From Candidatus Nanoclepta minutus (lineage in GTDB: Archaea > Nanobdellota > Nanobdellia > Nanobdellales > Nanobdellaceae): a stretch of 32,000 bases of DNA. The stretch lies in assembly GCA_003568775.1 (NCBI GenBank), contig MWMI01000001.1:120001-152000 (forward strand), in the 5' to 3' direction. Below, piece after piece: positions 16,976 to 24,526 of the stretch (the stretch's first letter is position 1; each line of letters starts with the position of its first letter). The position numbers were made by a program, and so were the translations under genes. A model generated the notes under the pieces. It did no database searches. It was not told where the DNA came from and saw nothing but the letters and a program-made list of their open reading frames with translations.

Positions 16976-18264
16976 ATTTTAACATCAATTCCACAGAAAT
17001 CCATATATTCAAAGACTTTCCTATATCTACTTAAGTTTAACTCAACAGATATCCCATAATTCTTCGAATAGACTATGAAGTCTGGATCGTATTTCTCTAC
17101 AAAGTAATCTAAGCTATTGTTGTATATACTATAAGACTCTATGTTTAATAGATTCCCATACCATACCCAAAAGGCATTGCTCAATACTTTTGTTGCATTT
17201 TCTTTTTTTAGGAATTGGACAGATTGATATGCAGAGCTTAACTCACCATAACATAAGTTGATGTTTGTAGTATCAAATATTCCATTAATTGTTGAATAGA
17301 TCATCGAAAAACTAAGCAAGATATATATTAATAGTTCAAAACCTTTCAATTTTTCTGTATTTATTCCAAAAATTATTATAGATGTTGGAAGTATCTGTAT
17401 TAAATATCTTGGATCCTTCTGTGGTGTTAAAAATGCAAAATAAATAAAGGATAATAAAGTAAAAAGATATATCGATCTCTCAAACTTTCCATCCTTTATA
17501 GGTATAAAGAATACGGAGAAGATGAGGATCCCTAAGTATCTTAATGCGTTTTCAAAGAATAGAGATATAGGTTCCTTTGTTTGCCAGAGATATGCTAGAT
17601 AGAACTGATCTAATAGTATTTTGATTGGGTTTTTATATAGTAAAAGGTTATATAGGAAAAAGGGTGTTAAGAATAAGATGGAATAAGCTATTGATCTCAT
17701 TTTTTCTTTTCTATCTACGAATATCCACGAGGATAATAGGAATAGTCCATATGGGTATTTAGCTAAAAAGGATAGGATTGAGAAAAGTATAAAGAATATA
17801 AAATCCCTTTCTCTTTTAGATTCTAAATAATTATGGAAAGAATATATTGAGATAATTAAAAAAGACATTCCGTATACATCGGGATATATCCTGTTGGAGT
17901 ATATAATCATTAACCCATTTAGGATTATTAATAAAGTAAAAATTATGGCCTTCCAATCCTCTTTCAAAGTTTTTAGCAAGATCCTATAGAAAAAAACCGT
18001 AGAAACGGAAAAAATTATGGATAAATAAATTCTAACCAATAGATAATTCTCTTTTATCAATGGAATTAATAAAGCAATGTTCCACCAAAGTAATGGAAAT
18101 CTAAAGTGTTCAAAATACGGTGTTATCCCAAGAACATGTTTTGCATTTGCTAAATAAACGTTTTCGTCCCACATTAAGGAATTGGAAGATAAAATAGTAA
18201 TTATTATGTTTATTGAGAGAGATAATAGGAATATTAGATGTTCTGTTCTTAGCTTTATCTTCAT
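16960..18264 (-). CDS. GT-C fold glycosyltransferase, ArnT/PMT (GT39/GT83)-like
   Basis: 434 aa with about 10 or more TM segments. The first-loop LMWDENVYLANAKHV (DE motif) followed by HFRFPLLWW matches the ArnT/PMT_2 pattern. No WWDYG (AglB) motif is present. Confidence 0.6.
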   Translation of the reverse strand: MKIKLRTEHLIFLLSLSINIIITILSSNSLMWDENVYLANAKHVLGITPYFEHFRFPLLWWNIALLIPLIKENYLLVRIYLSIIFSVSTVFFYRILLKTLKEDWKAIIFTLLIILNGLMIIYSNRIYPDVYGMSFLIISIYSFHNYLESKRERDFIFFILFSILSFLAKYPYGLFLLSSWIFVDRKEKMRSIAYSILFLTPFFLYNLLLYKNPIKILLDQFYLAYLWQTKEPISLFFENALRYLGILIFSVFFIPIKDGKFERSIYLFTLLSFIYFAFLTPQKDPRYLIQILPTSIIIFGINTEKLKGFELLIYILLSFSMIYSTINGIFDTTNINLCYGELSSAYQSVQFLKKENATKVLSNAFWVWYGNLLNIESYSIYNNSLDYFVEKYDPDFIVYSKNYGISVELNLSRYRKVFEYMDFCGIDVKIYRVR

Positions 18265-18314
18265 TTAAGCAAATTTAAGGTTAAATTTAAAAATAAGCTT
18301 TTGAATATCTACTT

Positions 18315-18965
18315 ATGATCGGAATATTAGAAGCAGGTAGAAAAGCCTTTGAACAATATAAAGAGGATGTTATTTCAGGAATCCTGTATGGACTAGCTAT
18401 GTTTTTGGTGGGAGTATTGTCCCTTATACCAATACTAGGAGCATTTATTGTAGCTTATTTAGGACCAAGGATAGCAAACTGGTATTATAACAAGACGATA
18501 GGTAATATAAAGACGGATTATAGCCTAGCGTTTAAGGTATGGTTGATATATGCATTAGTATTGCATGTTGTTTTCTTAGTAGGCTTATTCTTTGCAGGAA
18601 CAGGATTGATTATCTCCTTAACCGAAGGATTTGGAGGATTTGCTATAGATCAATATATTGGAATGTTTGTAAAGCTTGGGGCTTTGTTGGGAATACTGCT
18701 ATTAGTACTGTTTATATTCAGTATATTATACGTTTATACGATGTATGCAAGCGTTTTAGGAAAGATAAGCGAAATAAAGATAGAGCCAAAGAAATCCGTT
18801 TATTTAACAGTATACTTTATAGTCTGGTCCATATTATTGGCAATAATCGCAGGAATCCTAGGAGCAATACCATTTATAGGATGGATTTTAGTAATTGTAT
18901 ACCAACTATTCTTCATGTATCCATTCCTTGCATTGATAGGGGCTAACTTTGTCCTATCCTCCTAA
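18315..18965 (+). CDS. Polytopic membrane protein, paralog 1 of a tandem pair (uncharacterized family)
   Basis: 216 aa. Shares with the next gene ...IP(I/L)LGA.I.AYL.PR...W(Y/F)YNKTIGN..TDY.L.F.VWL.Y... and a similar hydrophobic layout. Confidence 0.6.
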   Translation: MIGILEAGRKAFEQYKEDVISGILYGLAMFLVGVLSLIPILGAFIVAYLGPRIANWYYNKTIGNIKTDYSLAFKVWLIYALVLHVVFLVGLFFAGTGLIISLTEGFGGFAIDQYIGMFVKLGALLGILLLVLFIFSILYVYTMYASVLGKISEIKIEPKKSVYLTVYFIVWSILLAIIAGILGAIPFIGWILVIVYQLFFMYPFLALIGANFVLSS

Positions 18966-18997
18966 ACTTTTTTAAATAATTTTTTGTCTTATACTGA

Positions 18998-19696
18998 ATG
19001 GTTGGATTTGTTGAAGCATTTCTTAAAGCTTTGGATTCTTATAAAAAGCATCCTTTAGAATCCATAGTATTTAGCATAGCATATTTCTTGTTGGGAATTG
19101 TAATGATAATACCTTTATTAGGGGCAGTTATCGGGGCATATCTAATTCCGAGGTTATTAAGTTGGTTTTATAACAAAACAATTGGAAATACGAATACAGA
19201 TTATAAACTATCCTTTAGGGTTTGGCTATTCTATTTATTGGTAGTGAATTCGATGATATTCCAGTTATTTCTATCGTTTTATTTACTTTTGACTAGCGTA
19301 TCTGGTATAGGCTCGAGTATGACGGTTACTACAATAGGTTTTGATATGTCTCCTTATAGTCTATCTGTTACAGAAAGCTATGGCTTTGCTATTGGAACAA
19401 TATTCTTTATAATAACCCTTTTCATCATTATGTTCCAAAGTCTAATATTGCAGATATTCCTAACTTATAGCCTGTATTCGGTGGTTCTAGGAAAGTTAAG
19501 TGAGTTTAAAGTAGATGTTGGAAAATCATTAAGAGTTTTTGGATACTCGTTTGGATGGGGAATAATATTAGGTATAATCAGCTATGCTTTAGGAATAATA
19601 CCGGTTTATGGCTATCATATTTCTCTCTTGTTCTCGATCCTATTTGTTATACCGATAATACAGCTGGTTATAGCAAATAGAGTAATTTCTATCTAA
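18998..19696 (+). CDS. Polytopic membrane protein, paralog 2 of a tandem pair
   Basis: 232 aa, collinear with 18315..18965. It carries an extra Ser/Thr-rich loop (SGIGSSMTVTTIGFDMSPYSLSVTES). Confidence 0.6.
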   Translation: MVGFVEAFLKALDSYKKHPLESIVFSIAYFLLGIVMIIPLLGAVIGAYLIPRLLSWFYNKTIGNTNTDYKLSFRVWLFYLLVVNSMIFQLFLSFYLLLTSVSGIGSSMTVTTIGFDMSPYSLSVTESYGFAIGTIFFIITLFIIMFQSLILQIFLTYSLYSVVLGKLSEFKVDVGKSLRVFGYSFGWGIILGIISYALGIIPVYGYHISLLFSILFVIPIIQLVIANRVISI

Positions 19697-19735
19697 AGTT
19701 TCTTTTTTATCCTTTTAATCCATTATATTTTATCA

Positions 19736-21265
19736 ATGAAGTTAGAGAAACCTGAAATACATTGGAAGGCTTTGGATGTTCTGGCTAACCAAATAGTCGG
19801 ATTGACTATAGATTTTGGAGAGATAGAAGTAAATAAAGCCTTTGAGACGATTAAGAGATGTTATGTTTATAAAGATCTAACTTATGAAGAGTTTTTAGAA
19901 GTTTTAAATTTCTTAAATGAAATAAAGCTCGTTAAGTTTGATGAGGAAGGAAGGAAGATAGTAAAGACTAGGAAGGGACATATGTACTATATAGAGAACC
20001 TATCCATGATCCCGGACGAGAAATCCTATGATGTAATAGACGTTGCTACGAGGATGAAGATAGGGGTATTACATGAAGAGTTCGTTGCGAAACATGGAAA
20101 TCCAGGTACTGTATTCATTTTAAGGGGTCTGCCATGGAAGATAGAGAAGGTTGAGAAGGATAGGATATTCGTATCTTTAGAAAAAGATTTTGAATCTGCA
20201 ATACCATCTTGGGAGGGAGAACTACTACCCGTTCCATTTGAAGTTGCAATTGAGGCACATGAGTTAAAGGCAGATTTTATAGGTAAGGTTGATGAGCTTA
20301 GGGGGCAGGATAGGTATTTTATACCTTCCTCGAGGGAGATATATATAGAGCAGTATAAGGACTGGTTCGTAATACACTCTCCTTTTGGAACTAAGGTAAA
20401 CGATGCCTTATCTAGGATAATCTCCCATTTTATTTCACAGAAATACGGTATAGTCGTTGGGATAAAGACGGATCCATATAGGATTATCTTAAAGGCAGGT
20501 TATATAAAGAAGAAAAATATAAAGGAAGTTTTGGAGAGCTTACCTGAAGATATTGAAGATATATTGGAGAGTTCAGTTGTTAATACAGATCTGTTCCTTT
20601 GGAAGTTCTCCCATGTAGCAAAGAGGTTTGGAGTAATAAGGAAGGATGCGGATTATTCTAAGTCTACTTTAAGAAGGATATTACAGCATTTGATTGGAAC
20701 ACCAGTTTATAGGGAAACCTTAAATGAGATATTCATTGAGAAGTTTGATATAGAGAATACAAAGAAAGTTATTAGGATGATAAAGAGCGGTGAAATAAAG
20801 GTAGAAATATCTTTAAATGAAATACCTTCTCCATTAGCTGCAATAGGTTTGGAGGAATACGTATCTGATGTATTAATCTCTGATAAATGGAGGGAGATAG
20901 TAAGGTTGGTTAAGGAGAGGTTGTATGAAACAGAGTTTACTTTAGTTTGTATGGCATGTAAGAGCAAATACAAAATAAAGGTAAAGGATTACGATGAGGG
21001 TTTTAAGTGTGAAAGATGTGGTGGAAACTATTTCGGTGTTGCGAAGTCTGAAGAGGATATCTATAAGGAAGATAAGCTCCATATAACTGCTGATCTTTTA
21101 AAGACCTATGGAAAGAGGTTTTTATTCGTATATGCCGGAAGGGGTATTAGCTATATATCTGCTATAGGTATACTGAGAAAAAACATTAGGGATGAAGATG
21201 AATTGGTTAGGGAAATAATAGAGTTTGAGAAGAAAGGTATTAAGTTTTCTAAGAGAAGATATTAA
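19736..21265 (+). CDS. Stand-alone C-terminal half of an Lhr-type helicase (winged helix + domain 4 / DEAD_assoc), with a zinc ribbon
   Basis: 509 aa. Begins ...KALDVLANQIVGLTIDFGEIEVNKAFETIKRCYVYKDLTYEEFLEVLNFL, which matches the LDVLAQQIVG... start of the Lhr DEAD_assoc region. CMACKS...CERCGG zinc ribbon. There are no helicase motifs, and the upstream genes are unrelated. Confidence 0.7.
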   Translation: MKLEKPEIHWKALDVLANQIVGLTIDFGEIEVNKAFETIKRCYVYKDLTYEEFLEVLNFLNEIKLVKFDEEGRKIVKTRKGHMYYIENLSMIPDEKSYDVIDVATRMKIGVLHEEFVAKHGNPGTVFILRGLPWKIEKVEKDRIFVSLEKDFESAIPSWEGELLPVPFEVAIEAHELKADFIGKVDELRGQDRYFIPSSREIYIEQYKDWFVIHSPFGTKVNDALSRIISHFISQKYGIVVGIKTDPYRIILKAGYIKKKNIKEVLESLPEDIEDILESSVVNTDLFLWKFSHVAKRFGVIRKDADYSKSTLRRILQHLIGTPVYRETLNEIFIEKFDIENTKKVIRMIKSGEIKVEISLNEIPSPLAAIGLEEYVSDVLISDKWREIVRLVKERLYETEFTLVCMACKSKYKIKVKDYDEGFKCERCGGNYFGVAKSEEDIYKEDKLHITADLLKTYGKRFLFVYAGRGISYISAIGILRKNIRDEDELVREIIEFEKKGIKFSKRRY

Positions 21266-22585
21266 ATGAGTATTTATGATAAGTTAAGGGAGAGGGGTAT
21301 TGAAATAGGTGATAGGGTAAGGGTTTTGAGGGATAATGAAGAAATATACGGTGTTTTAATGCCTAGGTATTCCATCTATGAAGGTGAAAACCTTTTGGTA
21401 ATAAAGTTGGATAACGGATATAACGTTGGAATTGAGGTTGATGAAAATACAAAAATAGATTTAGTTTCTAAAAGGGAAAGGATAGTTTTTAAAGAGGAAA
21501 AGGTTTTGTTTGATAAAAGTAAACCAAAGGTCTCCGTTTTATCTACAGGTGGTACGATTGCCTCAAGGGTTGATTATAAGACTGGTGCAGTATATCCTTC
21601 TTTAAGGACAGAGGATTTGATTAAGATGATACCGGAAATAGAGGGATTGGTTTATTTGGATGCCAAACAAATAATGAGTAAGTTTAGTGAGGATATGAAG
21701 AAATCGGATTGGAGTTTGATTGCTAGAGAAGTTTATAGATCTATGAAGGATAGCTATGGAGTAATTGTCTTACACGGAACAGATACGATGTCCGATTCAG
21801 CATCTGCATTAGCCTTTTCTATTAGGAATAAAAGCGTCCCGATAATCTTCGTGGGTTCTCAGAGGAGTTCTGATAGACCATCAACTGATTCTTATTTCAA
21901 CATAAAAGCTTCCATAATAACTGCCTTAAAGGCTCCCTTTGCGGAATCCGTTGTTGTGATGCATGGGGAAACCTCAGATTCCTATGCGTTAGTCCATAGA
22001 GGTGTGAAGGTTAGGAAGATGCATACCAGTAGGAGGGATGCATTTCAGACTATAAACGATTATCCTATTGCAAAGGTTCTTGTTGATAGAATGGAGTTAG
22101 AGATAATCGGAAGGATTATTAGGTATAGGTCTAATGAGGAACCGGTTTTAATGGATAAATTTGAAGAAAAGGTTGCTTTAGTTAAGTTTTATCCTGGTTT
22201 TGACGAAGGGATTCTAGATTATTTCTTGGAAAAGAAATATAAAGGTATTGTAATAGAGGGAACCGGTTTGGGACACGTTTCAAACGATTTAATCCCAAAA
22301 ATAAAGGAATTAATAGATAGTGGGACAATAGTTACTATGACAAGTCAGTGTTTGTTCGGAAGGATCGATATGAAGGTTTATAGTACTGGAAGGTTGTTAT
22401 TAAAGGCAGGTGTCTTACCTTCAGAGGATATGCTACCAGAAACTGCATATGTTAAGCTATCTTGGTTATTGGGTAATTTTAAGGATTTAGAAGAAGTAAA
22501 AAGATTGTATTTGGAGAATTTAGAAGGAGAAATAAATGAAAGGCTTAGTTTAGATATGTATCCAAAATGGATTACAAATCATTAG
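21266..22585 (+). CDS. gatD: Glutamyl-tRNA(Gln) amidotransferase subunit D
   Basis: 439 aa. Asparaginase-type LSTGGTIAS and HGTDTM motifs. The ATG directly follows the upstream TAA. Confidence 0.95.
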   Translation: MSIYDKLRERGIEIGDRVRVLRDNEEIYGVLMPRYSIYEGENLLVIKLDNGYNVGIEVDENTKIDLVSKRERIVFKEEKVLFDKSKPKVSVLSTGGTIASRVDYKTGAVYPSLRTEDLIKMIPEIEGLVYLDAKQIMSKFSEDMKKSDWSLIAREVYRSMKDSYGVIVLHGTDTMSDSASALAFSIRNKSVPIIFVGSQRSSDRPSTDSYFNIKASIITALKAPFAESVVVMHGETSDSYALVHRGVKVRKMHTSRRDAFQTINDYPIAKVLVDRMELEIIGRIIRYRSNEEPVLMDKFEEKVALVKFYPGFDEGILDYFLEKKYKGIVIEGTGLGHVSNDLIPKIKELIDSGTIVTMTSQCLFGRIDMKVYSTGRLLLKAGVLPSEDMLPETAYVKLSWLLGNFKDLEEVKRLYLENLEGEINERLSLDMYPKWITNH

Positions 22586-24462
22586 GTTTAAAGGTTGGAT
22601 TAGAGATACATTTTCAGTTGGATACTGAGAAGAAGTTATTCTGTGATTGTCCAACTGAGTTTGGAAGGGAGAAGTATAGGTTTATTAGGGAGTTACATCC
22701 ATCTTTAAGTGAGTTAGGTGAGATAGATCCAGCTGTGGAATTTGAATGGAAGAGGGGGAGGAAATACGAGTATATATTTGCCGAAAACGATTGTTTGGTT
22801 GAGGCAGATGAAGAACCACCAAAGGAATTAAATAGAGAAGCCTTATTAATTTCTTTAGCAGTTGCAAAGGCTTTGAATATGAAGTTCCCAGATGAGATAT
22901 ACGTTATGAGGAAAATAGTTATAGATGGAAGTAATGTATCAGGATTCCAGAGGACTGCCTTGATTGCTAAAGATGGATATATTGAGGTAAATGGAAAAAG
23001 GATTGGGATACAAACTCTATGTTTGGAAGAGGATGCCGCAAGAAAGGTTGAGGAAAGGGAAAACCTCGTTGTATATAACTTAGATAGGCTAGGAGTACCT
23101 CTAATAGAGATTGCAACTGCACCAGATATTGAAGATCCTAGGGAAGCTGAAATAGTTGCTAAAAGGATCGGAACCCTTGTTTTATTAACTGGAAAATGCA
23201 AGAGGGTTTTAGGTGCTATAAGACAGGATGTTAACGTAAGTATAAAAGGAGGGGCAAAAACCGAGATAAAAGGAGTTCAGTATTTATCCCTAATTCCAAA
23301 GGTTGTTGAATATGAAGTTTTAAGACAGTTGAGGTTGTTGGAGATAAGGGATGAGCTAAGGAAAAGAGGATTGAAAAAGGAGGATTTGGATGGAAATATT
23401 TATGATTTAACAGAGATACTCAAAAATACAAAATCTAAGATAATTAAAAACTCTTTGGAAAAAGGTGGGAAGGTTTTGGGAATAAGGTTAAAGGGTTTCA
23501 AAGGTTTGATTGGTAAAGAAGTACAACCGGGAAGGAGGTTTGGAACTGAGTTATCCGATTATGCGAAGCTATATGGGGTTGGTGGTATATTCCATTCAGA
23601 TGAATTACCCGCATACGGAATAACTCAGGAAGAAGTTAAAAAGGTTTACGAATTCTTGGGTTTGGACGAAAATAAGGATGCGTTTATATTAGTTGCGGAT
23701 TTAGAAGAAAAGGCTAGGAACGCTTTAAGGTCTGTTTTGAACAGAATAAAGATAGCATTTGATGGGATACCAGAAGAGACTAGGGCTGCGAATCCAGATG
23801 GAACTACAAGGTTTATGAGGCCAAGACCAGGTGCCTCTAGGATGTATCCAGAAACGGATATTCAACCCATAAGGGTTACTGGAGAATTGTTAAAGGAATC
23901 TGAAAAGTATGTTCCAGAACCGTTTGAGGTTAAGTTTGAGAGGTTTGTTAAGGAATACGGATTGAGTAAGGATCTGGCTAAGGAGATGATTGAAGATATA
24001 AGGTTGAGTTTGTTTGAGGAATTGGTTAAGAAATATAGAAATGTTGAACCAAAGGTAATCGCATCTATATTAATAAACGATTTGAGGTATTTAAGGAGGG
24101 AGGGATATGAAGTAGATAGAATATCTGATGGATCCTTGGATGAGTTAATAGGTTTGTTAGATAAAGGGGTTATAGCAAAGGATTCCGTAAACGATATCTT
24201 AATTGAGCTATCTGAGAATCCTGAAAAGGGTGTTTTGGAAATAGTTAAGGAAAAGAACTTGTTTAAGTTGTCTAGAGAAGAGGTTTATAAAATAGTCTTG
24301 GAAGTCTTTGAAAAGTTTTATGATAGGATCTCTGAAAAAAGGGATAAGGCGATCAACATTATAATGTCTGAGGTAAAGAAGGTAGTTGGAAACAGGTACG
24401 GTTCAAGGGAATTATATAATATAATATATGAAATATTGAAGGAAAAAGGATTTATCACTTAA
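22567..24462 (+). CDS. gatE: Glutamyl-tRNA(Gln) amidotransferase subunit E
   Basis: 631 aa. GLKVGLEIHFQLDTEKKLFCDCP start, full length. It overlaps gatD by 19 nt. Confidence 0.95.
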   Translation: MDYKSLGLKVGLEIHFQLDTEKKLFCDCPTEFGREKYRFIRELHPSLSELGEIDPAVEFEWKRGRKYEYIFAENDCLVEADEEPPKELNREALLISLAVAKALNMKFPDEIYVMRKIVIDGSNVSGFQRTALIAKDGYIEVNGKRIGIQTLCLEEDAARKVEERENLVVYNLDRLGVPLIEIATAPDIEDPREAEIVAKRIGTLVLLTGKCKRVLGAIRQDVNVSIKGGAKTEIKGVQYLSLIPKVVEYEVLRQLRLLEIRDELRKRGLKKEDLDGNIYDLTEILKNTKSKIIKNSLEKGGKVLGIRLKGFKGLIGKEVQPGRRFGTELSDYAKLYGVGGIFHSDELPAYGITQEEVKKVYEFLGLDENKDAFILVADLEEKARNALRSVLNRIKIAFDGIPEETRAANPDGTTRFMRPRPGASRMYPETDIQPIRVTGELLKESEKYVPEPFEVKFERFVKEYGLSKDLAKEMIEDIRLSLFEELVKKYRNVEPKVIASILINDLRYLRREGYEVDRISDGSLDELIGLLDKGVIAKDSVNDILIELSENPEKGVLEIVKEKNLFKLSREEVYKIVLEVFEKFYDRISEKRDKAINIIMSEVKKVVGNRYGSRELYNIIYEILKEKGFIT

Positions 24463-24496
24463 AAGTGATTAAAAAAGTTAATCAAAGATAGTTATC

Positions 24497-24524
24497 TTTA
24501 AAAATAAAGCTTTCCTTTATATAA
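24497..24524 (+). promoter_or_regulatory. Two TATA-like boxes upstream of the S-layer gene
   Basis: TTTAAAAATAAA at 24497-24508 and TTTATATAA at 24516-24524. Which one is used decides whether the start is 24527 or 24569. Confidence 0.4.
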
Positions 24525-24526
24525 TC

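Noticed and set aside
18539-18946. 135-aa alternative-frame ORF inside membrane paralog 1.
   Set aside because: The Cys/Arg-rich translation is atypical for this genome. The overlapping frame is supported by paralogy with 18998..19696.
22614-23201. 195-aa ORF antisense to gatE.
   Set aside because: It lies entirely inside a well-supported gene and is a low-complexity S/F/I/L-rich translation. This is a typical shadow ORF of an AT-rich, purine-skewed coding strand.
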